From Microcoleus sp. GA_180221_E-2-1-MAG-45_12 (lineage in GTDB: Bacteria > Cyanobacteriota > Cyanobacteriia > Cyanobacteriales > JAAUUE01), in the NCBI GenBank assembly GCA_020692245.1, contig JAIMKT010000018.1, forward strand, positions 1-58,766: a stretch of DNA of 58,766 bases, read 5' to 3'. Every line of letters begins with the position of its first letter. Position 1 is the stretch's first letter. This document shows positions 28,107-38,500 of this stretch, in pieces. The notes under the pieces were generated by a model. The model had not been told where the DNA came from, ran no database searches, and saw only the letters and a program-made list of their open reading frames with translations. The position numbers and the translations under genes were made by a program.

Positions 28107-29330
28107 ATGCTCGATTTAGGCTTGATCATGGCGTTGGGATTTTTGGGGAGCTTTGGACATTGTGTGGGGATGTGTAGCCCGATCGCCGTGGCTTTTGCCT
28201 TGAATGATACTAAAAACCAAACCAATTCCCTAGATAATTCCCAAAATAATTGGTGGTCTCAACTCCGCTTTCATCTTTTACTAAACTTGGGGCGCTTAGT
28301 TAGCTATGCTTTGGTAGGGGCGGCGATCGGGGGCGTGGGTTCGGTGCTGATTGCCGGGGGACAGTTGGCAGGGATTGGGGGCAGCTTGCGGCGGGGCATG
28401 GCGATTTTTACTGGCTTACTCCTGATTTGGCTGGCGATCGGACAACTCCAACCCCAGTTTCTGCCCCAGTTACCTTTGTTGACTTTTGGTAAATATCTGC
28501 ACGATCGCCTCAACCGTCTCCTCTATCATGTTTCTTTGCCAAGTTCGCCCAACCCTGAAACCTCTCAAACTAAATGGTGGACTCCCGCCCTGTTAGGTAG
28601 TATCTGGGGACTAATTCCCTGTGGATTTCTCTATGCAGCTCAGATCAAAGCGGCGGAAACGGGAGACCCTTGGCGAGGGGCGGCGACTATGGCAGCTTTC
28701 GGCTTGGGGACAATGCCCAGTATGGTGCTAGTGGGGGTAGCTTCGGCACGGTTGGGGGTCGATCGCCGTAGTCAGTTATTCCGTTTGGGCAGTTGGTTAA
28801 CCCTCTCGATCGGGCTTCTCTTGTTGCTCAGAAATGATGCCATGGTTGACTACACAGGGCATGGAGCCTTATTTCTGTTGATGCTGGCACTGGTTGCTCG
28901 TCCCCTGAGTAAAATTTGGGGTCAGCCCCTCAAGTACCGCAGAGCCATTGGTGTCGGAGCCTATATTCTAGCGATCGCCCACACAGCCCACATGGTAGAT
29001 CATACCTTTCGTTGGAATTTGAGTGCCTTTAGTTTCCTTTTACCCACCCATCAACTTGCCCTGGCCTGTGGTGGAGCTGCCCTCCTCGCCATGACTCCCG
29101 CCGCCCTAACCAGCTTTGATAGTCTCCAACAGCGTCTAGGTAAATATTGGCGACCTCTCCACCTCCTCACGCTCCCCGCCCTAATCTTGGCAGCAATACA
29201 CACAATCCTTATTGGTTCCCACTACTGGGGCAATCTTCAAGTAACCCCCATCCAAGAAATTCGAGTAGTAGTCCTAGGAATTTTAGTGGGTATGGTCTTA
29301 ATTTTGCGTTGGCTCAAACCAGTTGCTTAG
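28107..29330 (+). CDS. Polytopic membrane fusion: DsbD_2/TauE-like domain + ferric-reductase-like (YedZ/MsrQ-type) heme-b domain
   Basis: The N-terminal half has GHCVGMCSPI and WGLIPCGFLYAAQ, the paired Cys motifs of PF13386-type proteins. The C-terminal ~160 aa has RRAIGVGAYILAIAHTAH and YWRPLHLLTLPALILAAIHTILIGSH, a bis-His ferric-reductase transmembrane pattern. Confidence 0.65.
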   Translation: MLDLGLIMALGFLGSFGHCVGMCSPIAVAFALNDTKNQTNSLDNSQNNWWSQLRFHLLLNLGRLVSYALVGAAIGGVGSVLIAGGQLAGIGGSLRRGMAIFTGLLLIWLAIGQLQPQFLPQLPLLTFGKYLHDRLNRLLYHVSLPSSPNPETSQTKWWTPALLGSIWGLIPCGFLYAAQIKAAETGDPWRGAATMAAFGLGTMPSMVLVGVASARLGVDRRSQLFRLGSWLTLSIGLLLLLRNDAMVDYTGHGALFLLMLALVARPLSKIWGQPLKYRRAIGVGAYILAIAHTAHMVDHTFRWNLSAFSFLLPTHQLALACGGAALLAMTPAALTSFDSLQQRLGKYWRPLHLLTLPALILAAIHTILIGSHYWGNLQVTPIQEIRVVVLGILVGMVLILRWLKPVA

Positions 29331-29340
29331 TTATTTCTTC

Positions 29341-32124
29341 CTAGAAGATGGGTAGCTCGATCGAGAACTTTGTTCCCTGTCCCGGCTGCGACTCACAACT
29401 GAATTTTCCCTGATGTTTTTCCACCACAATTTGATAGCTAATGGATAGACCTAAACCAGTCCCCTTCCCCACAGGTTTGGTAGTAAAGAAAGGATCAAAA
29501 ATTCGGGCTTGAGCTTCAGGGGGAATTCCAGAGCCATTATCGCTAATTTCAATCATCACACTCTGGGAGCCATCTTCTGGGGATTGCAGATAGGTACGAA
29601 TGCTAATGGTGGGATGATAATTTTCGCTGGGAGTATGGCTATCTAGAGCATCAATGGCATTACTGAGGACATTCATAAAAACTTGATTTAACTGCCCCGC
29701 ATAACAATCAATTTGGGGTAAATCACTATACTCCTTGAGGATCATAATATTTTCTCCCTCCGCCCTCGCCTTGAACCGATGTTGCAAAATCAACAATGTA
29801 CTATCAATACCTTCGTGGATATCTACGGGTTTACGTTCTGCCTGATCCAGACGAGAGAAATTCCGTAGAGATAGCACCAACTGCCGGATGCGATCGGCCC
29901 CTACTTTCATCGAATCCAACACCTTGGGCAAGTCATTACTCAGAAACTCTAAATCTATTTCTGTGATTTTTTCCTCTACATCGGTTACGGGTTCTGGGTA
30001 GTGGTGTTGATACAAACTCAGCAAGTCTAGTAAATCTTTGGTGTAGTCTGCGGTGTGGGTGATATTGCCATAGATAAAATTCACTGGGTTATTAATTTCG
30101 TGGGCAACTCCCGCCACCAATTGACCGAGGCTAGACATTTTCTCCGTTTGCAAAAGTTGAGCCTGAGTTTGTTTTAAGTCTTCAATGGTTTGGGTCAGTT
30201 CGGTTGCTTGAGCTTGAGTCCGGGTCAGGAGTTCTGCCTGTTGGAGAGCCACCCCCAGTTGGGTAGAAATCTGCTCCACAAATTCAATTTCTTCTGGTTG
30301 CCACGATCGAGGAGCTTGGCACTGATGAATACAGATCAATCCCCACAGGGTCGGGAGTTCTGCCTCTGGGTGGGGACGGTATCGCAGGGGAATAATCAAA
30401 TTTGCCTTGATTTGAAATTGAGACAAAATTTTGATATGGCAATCACTTAATCCTTGGTTATAAATGTCATCTACTGCTTGAATCCGACCCTGGGCGTAGC
30501 TGATGGCAAACTGACTGCCAAAACAATGATCTTCTACTTGGTAGGTGAGGGCAGAAATGAATTGGGGCTGTACAGCTTCAGAAATAAACTTTCCTCGATC
30601 GAACCCAGATTGGGGGTCAAACCGAAAAATTGCGACTCGATCAGCTGCAAGCAAATTCTGAACTTCTGTCACCGTAGTCTGGAAAATATGCCTTAGATCC
30701 AAAGATTCCCGGATTTTATTCACCACCAAAGCCAAAGCTCGTTGTCTTTTTGTCTGTTCCCGGGCTTGACTATAAAGTTCAGCGAGGCTGGCCGTGCGCT
30801 CCCGTACCTGAGTTTCTAGGGTACTATTGAGAGTCTGTACCTGTTGATAAAGTTGATATTGAGCGATCGCCATGGCCAACTGGTGAGCTACTTCCTGAAA
30901 TAACTTTTGGTCTTCCCGGCTCCAAGACTGACAGGTTCCCTGCTTCGTTTCTTGCCAAGTTTCAAAAGATTTCCGGGGATACTGCTGTTTGCGATCGGGG
31001 TTAAACTTCCCAGCCCAGAGAATTTCTGTATTCAATTCATGGCGAAATACGGTTAAATAGCCCAGAAAAGTCTCCCGATAACACAAAGGGATGCTAATCA
31101 AGCCTTGGATTTTCCCCGCCGCAAAAAATGGGGCAATTTCGGGATTATGGATGCTTTCAAAGGCAACTAGCTGAGTCGAAGGGCTAAATAACTGCTGCCA
31201 GTGGGGATTATTTTCTGTAAAGTCTTCTGGAGGCTGGATTCCCCAAGTAAATAGTTGTTCATTTTTTCCTAAGTCCTGACTAGAGATATTCGCAGGATCA
31301 GCAAGATTCGAGGTCTGCGAGGGATGAATTGAGGTTGCATCAGCAGAGACAAGATAAAGTCGACCACCAATACCTTGGAGAGCTTTCACAATTTTTGCCA
31401 GCGCAGCTTCGATTTGGATCTCTGGACTAGAGTGGAGAGTCGTGACGATCTGATTTAGGAGGTATTCATACTCCGCTTGACGGCGGCTCTGCTGGAAGAG
31501 ATTGGCTTGGGTAATGGCGATCACCAGTTGATCTACCACAGCTTGGAGGATCGGCAGGTTCTGGATTTCCATAGGTTGAGAATCGCAGCTATGACACACT
31601 ACCAAGCCCCAAAGGTGTTGCTCCTTCTGCCCATTTTCTTCTTCCCCTTTCTGGATCGCGATCGGCAGCACGATCGAAGTATTCACCCCCATCGCCAACA
31701 TATACTGAGCATGGCAAGGGTCTACCGCCCGGTATTCAATTTCTGGTTCTAGATTTTCTAAGGTCGTAGGAGAGTCTAGGAGATTTTCGGGAATAGTTGA
31801 AATTCCAATTAAGCCAGAAGCAAGGTTAACCACCGATCGACGGCGATTTTGTAAATACATTTTTCGGACATGGGGAGGGATATCATCGGCAGGAAAATGT
31901 AATCCCTTCAAGGAGGGTAGCTTCTCTTCGACCACAGACTCTGCCACCACTTTCCCGGTTTCGTCCTCTGCAAATTGATAGATCATGACTCGATCGCTAT
32001 GCAAAAGCAAACGTAACTCCGTCGCCGCCGTATCCAGAATTTCTCCTAGTTCTAGGGATTGGCGAATTTTGCTACTAATCCGATAGATCAGTCCATCTTC
32101 AGTTAATAGGGGCAGGTTGGTCAT
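29341..32124 (-). CDS. Cph2-like knotless phytochrome + DXCF cyanobacteriochrome GAF + histidine kinase
   Basis: GAF1 has LHFPADDIPP and VDPCHAQYMLAMGV (Cys137-His). GAF2/PHY has tongue motifs WAG and PRKSFETW. GAF3 has a DXCF motif EDHCFG (Cys534) and the canonical SDCHIKILSQFQIKANLIIPL (Cys562-His). The kinase core has an H-box GVAHEINNP, an N-box NVLSNAIDA, and G-boxes DNGSGI and GKGTGLGL. Confidence 0.85.
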   Translation of the reverse strand: MTNLPLLTEDGLIYRISSKIRQSLELGEILDTAATELRLLLHSDRVMIYQFAEDETGKVVAESVVEEKLPSLKGLHFPADDIPPHVRKMYLQNRRRSVVNLASGLIGISTIPENLLDSPTTLENLEPEIEYRAVDPCHAQYMLAMGVNTSIVLPIAIQKGEEENGQKEQHLWGLVVCHSCDSQPMEIQNLPILQAVVDQLVIAITQANLFQQSRRQAEYEYLLNQIVTTLHSSPEIQIEAALAKIVKALQGIGGRLYLVSADATSIHPSQTSNLADPANISSQDLGKNEQLFTWGIQPPEDFTENNPHWQQLFSPSTQLVAFESIHNPEIAPFFAAGKIQGLISIPLCYRETFLGYLTVFRHELNTEILWAGKFNPDRKQQYPRKSFETWQETKQGTCQSWSREDQKLFQEVAHQLAMAIAQYQLYQQVQTLNSTLETQVRERTASLAELYSQAREQTKRQRALALVVNKIRESLDLRHIFQTTVTEVQNLLAADRVAIFRFDPQSGFDRGKFISEAVQPQFISALTYQVEDHCFGSQFAISYAQGRIQAVDDIYNQGLSDCHIKILSQFQIKANLIIPLRYRPHPEAELPTLWGLICIHQCQAPRSWQPEEIEFVEQISTQLGVALQQAELLTRTQAQATELTQTIEDLKQTQAQLLQTEKMSSLGQLVAGVAHEINNPVNFIYGNITHTADYTKDLLDLLSLYQHHYPEPVTDVEEKITEIDLEFLSNDLPKVLDSMKVGADRIRQLVLSLRNFSRLDQAERKPVDIHEGIDSTLLILQHRFKARAEGENIMILKEYSDLPQIDCYAGQLNQVFMNVLSNAIDALDSHTPSENYHPTISIRTYLQSPEDGSQSVMIEISDNGSGIPPEAQARIFDPFFTTKPVGKGTGLGLSISYQIVVEKHQGKFSCESQPGQGTKFSIELPIF

Positions 32125-32411
32125 TTAGATGGTCTCCATATTGTCGAGATATTCTTTAATATTCTCTTAAGATATTTTATGTCGTGTATAAGAACTTCTC
32201 TACAAAGTTAGAGAAACTTATCTATATTTGTAAAATTTTTAGCTAAAAGTTTAAGATTAATTACTAGTCATTAGATAGGTAAATCGGGAGTCTTTAATAT
32301 ATACAAGAGAAGAGATGCAGAAAACGGAATATTTAACCCCGGTGGGAGTTTACAGATGAGCAAAGATTTCTTGTCTGCCAAACGATATATTCGCGATATT
32401 TGCAAGAATAT

Positions 32412-33014
32412 TTACAACTTAGATACTGCCTGAGAATTAGTGTCGTACCAGCGCCAAGGAATATCTACACCCTGAGAAAGTCCGATGCGAGTGGTTTGGG
32501 TAATATTTCTAGTAGGTTCGCCAGTTTCTAGCCAGAGGGGAGGCTGAGATAAATTTGTGCCGTTGAGGGTTCGATCGATCCCCAATAGTTGACACAGTTT
32601 GCCGGGTCCCGCCCCCAGTCGTTCTGGTTTACCTTTGATAATTTTAGTGGGCAAAACTTCGGGGAGCCAATCAGGAATTTCTGCCAACTCTACAGCTCGG
32701 ATGAGTACCGCACTAGGGACATTAAATTCATCAGTCACCACATTAAAGCAATGGTAAATCCCGTAAATTAGATACACATAACCCAAACCCGCCGCCCCAA
32801 ACATCACCTCATTCCGTTGAGTCCGGCGACGATAGGCATGACAAGCGGGATCCCCCGGTGCATAAGCTTCTGTTTCCACAATTCTCCCCCGTAACACCCG
32901 ATCCGCCGCAAACTGCCGCACCAAATAGCACCCCAAAAGTTCTGGAGCCACCACCATCGATGGGCGAGCTAACCATTTAGGCTCTATAATTTGGGTAGAA
33001 TTATGCAAACTCAT
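32412..33014 (-). CDS. mpg: DNA-3-methyladenine glycosylase (Mpg/AAG family)
   Basis: 200-aa ORF with family blocks LLGCYLV, IVETEAY and DPACHA. Confidence 0.9.
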   Translation of the reverse strand: MSLHNSTQIIEPKWLARPSMVVAPELLGCYLVRQFAADRVLRGRIVETEAYAPGDPACHAYRRRTQRNEVMFGAAGLGYVYLIYGIYHCFNVVTDEFNVPSAVLIRAVELAEIPDWLPEVLPTKIIKGKPERLGAGPGKLCQLLGIDRTLNGTNLSQPPLWLETGEPTRNITQTTRIGLSQGVDIPWRWYDTNSQAVSKL

Positions 33015-33071
33015 TTGCCCTAGGCATGATTGTGTAGATTAGAGATCACGAAATATACAGGGAGAAAAATT

Positions 33072-33194
33072 ATGGATGTTAAACTAATTTTGGTCGGCTT
33101 AACTGTCGTTTTTACAATTCTCTGCCTATTCTACGGCACCAAGAATGGCTTCTATGATTCTGATGATTATCATGGTAATGGCTCCGCCCACTAA
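33072..33194 (+). CDS. Small single-TM protein (40 aa), absent from the ORF track
   Basis: An ATG at 33072 is preceded by GGAG 8 nt upstream. The product is MDVKLILVGLTVVFTILCLFYGTKNGFYDSDDYHGNGSAH, with one hydrophobic helix and an acidic tail. Confidence 0.4.
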   Translation: MDVKLILVGLTVVFTILCLFYGTKNGFYDSDDYHGNGSAH

Positions 33195-33209
33195 AAATTA
33201 CTAGTTAAC

Positions 33210-34850
33210 ATGAATAGTCAACTCGCTTGCTTTCCCTACAGTGTCGGTCATGGTAGTGAGGGAGTTTGCCTACTGGTACACATGGGGCATCATCGCATTC
33301 TTTTGGATTGTGGCTTAGAAAATATTGCTGCCCTTGCCCAAGCTGAAGAGCCACCAATGGATGTGATTTTGTGTAGCCATGCCCATAGTGATCATGGCAG
33401 GGGGCTACGGCAACTCCACCAAGTTTTTCCCCAGATTCCCATCTATGCCAGTGAAGTTACAACCCAGTTACTGCCCTTAAATTGGCTGAACTCAGAAGAA
33501 GACCTGGGGATTACCGAAAATTTTTGTACCGCCCTGCCTTGGCGATCGCCCATTGAGATTCTTTCTGGCTTAGTTATCGAACTTTTTCCTGCCGGACATC
33601 TCCCCGGAGCGGCTCTAATTTCTTTAACTTACAACCCTCCAGAACCAGAGCAGAGTCTGCAATTAGCTGATTTATCCCAGAGTTTGCGCCCCTATACTCT
33701 CTTTTATACTGGGGATTTTTTCCTTTCCCATACCCGCCTAGGTTCTGGCTTAGATCTACAAGCAGTGCGGGGTTTGCAGCCCGATGCCCTGATTATTGAA
33801 GGGAGCTATGGTACGGCTCGGTATCCTCACCGCCGCCAGCAGGAAAACCGTCTGATTGAACAAATTAGTCGATCGCTCCTCCAAGGCAAATCCATTTTGT
33901 TACCCATGCCAATTTTGGGAGTTGGGCAAGAAATTTTGATGTTGTTGCGGAGTCATCACCAGTTTACGGGGCGCAGAGTTGATATTTGGGTCGATCGATT
34001 CGTTGCGGCTGGATGCGATGCCTATCTAGAAATTCTGCCCCAGTTACCTGTACCTATTCAGAACTTTGCCCGCCATCAGCCCCTATTTTGGGACGATCGA
34101 GTTTTACCCAGAGTCCGTCGTCTAACCACAGATTTTCCCCTCAATGCCGATCCTTGCATTCTGCTGGTCGATCGTCGTAGCGATTGGTCAAAATATTATG
34201 CAGATAATCCAGAGGCTTGGGTCGTATTTGTCCCAGATGCCGCCGATAGTGCCGATAGTAAAGAATTTCCCCCTAAACTCGAAGTTGTGGACTATCTCCT
34301 CGCCCAGCACAGCGACCAGCAAGGAACCACCCAGCTAATTCATAATCTCCGTCCCCAGCACATTGTTTTTGTCCACGGCTCTGCCAATAATTTGACCGAT
34401 TTGGCTTGTCTAGAAGAACTCCAGAGTCGCTACCAACTCCACTGCCCCAAGTCCGGCACTTTTGTCGAGCTGCCCGTGGGGGAAGCCTTTGTCCAAGATA
34501 ATACAATCTCTCTCCAGCCCAACTATGAAGGAGAGTTGAATGAATTGGGAACCTTGGTGACAATTACCCTCCCGGAGGCGATCGCCGCAGATCCCCGGTG
34601 GCAAAAATTTGCGGATACTGGCTTGATCGAAGCTCGTTGGCAAGGAGAAGAATTAGTCCTCAAGGGTCTGTCCCCACGGGAATTGATGCAACAAAACCCC
34701 AGCCGGACTCTGGCAAGTATTCCCTGCTGTAGCAACTGTGTTTACGAACGCAATCAACGCTGTACCAATCCCCAATCACCCCTCCACCGTTTCAAGGTTC
34801 CCCCCGACGGCTACTGCCCCGCCTTCGCCTTCAACACTGATAGCGTGTAG
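33210..34850 (+). CDS. MBL-fold metallo-hydrolase (beta-CASP-like) with a Cys-rich C-terminal extension
   Basis: It has the HxHxDH motif as [11 protein letters not shown]. The C-terminus [16 protein letters not shown]...GYCPAF looks like a metal-binding knuckle. Confidence 0.75.
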   Translation: MNSQLACFPYSVGHGSEGVCLLVHMGHHRILLDCGLENIAALAQAEEPPMDVILCSHAHSDHGRGLRQLHQVFPQIPIYASEVTTQLLPLNWLNSEEDLGITENFCTALPWRSPIEILSGLVIELFPAGHLPGAALISLTYNPPEPEQSLQLADLSQSLRPYTLFYTGDFFLSHTRLGSGLDLQAVRGLQPDALIIEGSYGTARYPHRRQQENRLIEQISRSLLQGKSILLPMPILGVGQEILMLLRSHHQFTGRRVDIWVDRFVAAGCDAYLEILPQLPVPIQNFARHQPLFWDDRVLPRVRRLTTDFPLNADPCILLVDRRSDWSKYYADNPEAWVVFVPDAADSADSKEFPPKLEVVDYLLAQHSDQQGTTQLIHNLRPQHIVFVHGSANNLTDLACLEELQSRYQLHCPKSGTFVELPVGEAFVQDNTISLQPNYEGELNELGTLVTITLPEAIAADPRWQKFADTGLIEARWQGEELVLKGLSPRELMQQNPSRTLASIPCCSNCVYERNQRCTNPQSPLHRFKVPPDGYCPAFAFNTDSV

Positions 34851-35438
34851 CTCCTGAAAAAACATCTTCGACTTTGCTGGATCGGGAATCATGGTTTTAT
34901 CGCCCTCTTGCCAACCTGCGGGACAGACTTCATCGGGGTGAGACTGCACATGCTGAAACGCCTTCAGAGTCCGTAGGGCTTCTTCTATGTTGCGTCCTAC
35001 AGCTAAGTTATTTATGGTTGAATGCTGGATTACACCTTGGGGATCAATGATAAATAGTCCTCGCAAAGCAATCCCATCTTCCGTGAGGACATTATAAGCT
35101 GTAGCAATTTCTTTTTTGAGGTCAGAAATGAGGGGATAGGTTAAGTCACCAATGCCCCCGGATTTGCGATCGGTCTGAATCCAAGCCAAGTGGGAAAATT
35201 CACTATCGACGGACACCCCCAAAACTTCCGCATTATTGGCTGTGAAATCGGCGTATCGATCGCTAAAGGCATTAATTTCTGTCGGGCAGATAAAAGTAAA
35301 ATCTAGGGGATAAAAAAACAACACCACATACTTTCCCCGGTAATCCGAGAGCTTAATGGTCTTAAATTCCTGATCTACCACTGCCGTCGCCATGAAATCT
35401 GGGGCAACCTTGCCAACTCGTAAACATCCCTCTGTCAT
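34776..35438 (-). CDS. Typical 2-Cys peroxiredoxin
   Basis: The peroxidatic Cys context is [14 protein letters not shown] and the resolving Cys context is EVCPAGW. The C-terminal tail is ~20 aa longer than the usual family end. Confidence 0.9.
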   Translation of the reverse strand: MTEGCLRVGKVAPDFMATAVVDQEFKTIKLSDYRGKYVVLFFYPLDFTFICPTEINAFSDRYADFTANNAEVLGVSVDSEFSHLAWIQTDRKSGGIGDLTYPLISDLKKEIATAYNVLTEDGIALRGLFIIDPQGVIQHSTINNLAVGRNIEEALRTLKAFQHVQSHPDEVCPAGWQEGDKTMIPDPAKSKMFFQELHAISVEGEGGAVAVGGNLETVEG

Positions 35439-35546
35439 ACCTGCTCCCTGTCCTAGTTATTTTTAATTATTATTTTTAGTTTTGTAGTAACGGCTTGAGC
35501 CGCCCCAAGTAAATATGTTAATAAAACCAGATTCGTTAATGCGAGC

Positions 35547-38500
35547 CTAGATTAAAACCGAAGCCCTCGCCCCCAAGAGAAAATAGGTGGGCATTTCTCC
35601 CTTGCCTTTGATGTGAATTGTGCCTCGGTATTCAAAATTATATTTGTCCTTGAGGACTTCGTAGGTCTGGCTAGTTACTTGAATGCAGCCCGGTAGCCCT
35701 TGGGATTCCATCCGACTAGCGGTGTTCACCGTATCGCCCCAGAGATCATAAATAAATTTCTTGGTGCCAATGACCCCCGCCACCACGGCTCCAGTATTAA
35801 TGCCAATCCGCATACTCAACCGGGCATTATGGGCTAGATTGTATTCCCTAACAGCCAAAAGCATATCCAGAGCCATGTTTGCCATAGCTTCGGCGTGGTC
35901 AAGGCGATGTTGGGGCAGGCCACTGACGATCATGTAGGCATCCCCAATGGTTTTAATTTTCTCTAGTTGATGATATTCCGTGAGGGCATCAAAGGTAGAA
36001 AAAATGCCGTTGAGGAGTTTCACAAGTTCCACTGCTTCGGTTTGGGCAGCAATTTCCGTAAACCCGACCAGATCCGCAAATAGGACGGTGACATCGGGGA
36101 AATAATCGGCGATCGTATCTTCCTGCATTTTTAGGCGCTGGGCAATGGAAGAGGGCAAGATATTTAGCAACAGACGCTCTGATTGTTCCTGTTCATAACG
36201 CAGTCTTTCTTCTGCAATCTTCCGACTGGTAATATCTACCACCGTTCCCTCGTAGTAGAGGACATGCCCCCGGTCATTCCGGACAGCTCGGGCGTTTTCT
36301 GAGATCCAAATGGTGGTGCGGTCTTGGCGATAAACTTGGGATTCAAACCGAGATACTTTGTTGTAGCGAGCCATGATCTCAATAAACTCTTGACGGCGTT
36401 GGGGGTCTACATAAATTTCTCGATCGATCGCCTCGATGCTATCAATTAGATCCTCTGGAGATTCATAACCATAAATTCTCGCCAAGGCGGGGTTCACACT
36501 CAAATAAGTACCGCCGGGGGTGCTTTGAAAGATTCCTTCACTAGCATTCTCAAAAATACTCCGATATCTTTCCTCTGCTTCTCGGAGGGCGGCTTCTGCT
36601 TGTTTGCGGGCAATCACTGTTCCCAACTGGGCGGCGATCGCTAGCACCAACTGCACCAAACGTTGATCTTCTTCTCCCGCATCCACAATAAAGAACACTA
36701 GTACTGCCAATACTTCATTCTGTTCAGATTCATCCTGATAGCCCCGGCTTGCCATAATCGGCACTCCCAAAGCTCCGAGATGATAGCCTTGGACAAATTC
36801 ATGACGCTTAAACTGCTCGGCAGACAACAGCGACACATCCTGCTGCCACTCGTGGGCTTGGGACTGCCACACCCGCCCCGGTAAACCGCTCTCTTTAGCA
36901 AAAGTTAGTTCTTCACTAGCCCGACGAAATGCAGTCAAGTCATGACTACTGCTCATGTAGTTAGCCTGACTACAATACAAAATCCCGTTATTCAAGTCTG
37001 GTAGCCAAGCCTCACCATACTCCCAGTCCTTAAGTTGGCAAATCTCCCGCAGCACAACTTCCAAGGCACTTTCCACACTCTCTAGTTCACTAATTTTTAG
37101 AATAATACTCTGCAAGACATTAACTTGGGTTTCTGCCCATTTCCGTTCGGTGATATCCACGATCATGCCTTCATAGAATTGAGGATTTCCCGCTCCGTCA
37201 TAAACTGTGTGGGCATTTTCCGAAACCCAGATCACCTGACCATCTCGTCTCAGGACTTGGGATTCAAATTTTAGAACCATCCCTTCAGTCTGCATCAGGG
37301 TGAGAAATTCTTGGCGACGGTGCTGGTCTAGGTATATTTGGGCCTCGCCGTAGGTAAACTCATAGATCATTTCTGGGGCTAGGTCATAGCCAAAAATCTT
37401 CGCAAGGGCGGGGTTGGCATTAAAAATTTCCCCTGATAGATCTGTTTGATAGATGCCGTCAGTGGCGTTTTCAAAAATGCTGCGATATTTTTCTTCAGCT
37501 TGGCGGATGGCTTCCTCGGCCCATTTGCGTTCGGTGATGTCGTAGAGGACAGAAAGGACGGCGGGTTTGTTGTTAAAGGAAAGGACACGGCTAGAGGTGA
37601 TCACCCAGATGCCTTGCCCTGCTTTAGTTCTAATTTGGAGTTCGTAGTTGTGGATGTAGCCCTGTTCTTGGAGCTTTTGGAGGACGTGGGCTCGATCGCT
37701 CTTGTTGAGGTAAAACTGTTCGGTAGTATTGCCAATCAACTCATCGTGGGTCATGCCCAGCATCGGTTCGATCGCTTCATTGATATAGACAATCTTGCCA
37801 CTGGGAAGTTCACTAATAAACACAGGAATCGGCGTGGCTGAGGCGATCGCCCGGAACCTTTCTTCGCTTTCTTTGACCTGTTGCTCAAATTTCTTGCGGT
37901 CACTGATATCCTGCACTACGGCAATGTTGTACTGGGGGTTGCCTTCTTCATCCCGAATCAAGGAAACCGTCAAATTTACCCAGACTTCATGACCTTGCTT
38001 ATGAATGTAGCGTTTTTCGATGGAGAAGGTGTCAATTTCCCCTGCCACCAGTTGCCTAGTCAAGTCTACGTCTGTTTCCCGGTCTTCTGGGTGAGTGATA
38101 TCTAGATAGCTCAACTGCATCAACTCTTCGGCAGTATAGCCCACAATATCGCAATACTTTTGGTTTAAGAGGACTTGCTCAGTATTCAAGCCTCCTTGGG
38201 CAATTCCCACCGCTGCCTGCTCAAAGGTCAATTGCAATCTTGCCTTACTTTCTCGCAACTCCTGTTCAATGCGTTTACGATCGCGAATATCTTCCACAAT
38301 CCCAATACTGTACTGCGGCACTCCAGCAGCATCCCTGGCTAGAGAAATACTCATATTTGCCCAAATGATCTGCCCTTCTTTATGGAGATAGCGCTTTTCG
38401 ATCGAGTAGGTAGGAATCCCGCCCCCAATCATCTGGGCATACAAAGGCTCCTCAATCCAGAGGTCTTCTCTATAGGTAACGGCTTGGAAGTTTAGGTTTT

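Noticed and set aside
28107-32124. A functional link between the membrane redox fusion and the adjacent photoreceptor kinase.
   Set aside because: They are convergently transcribed with a 10-nt gap, so no operon is possible. I know of no mechanistic connection, and adjacency alone is not evidence.
37446-37841. Track ORFs lying inside longer genes, mostly antisense (also 10709..11119, 50334..50834, 21458..21805, 54571..54909, 25859..26281, and same-strand alternate frames such as 42104..42319).
   Set aside because: They lie entirely within longer ORFs that have strong family motifs. Their translations are low-complexity or biased and show no recognisable domains, so they are shadow frames.
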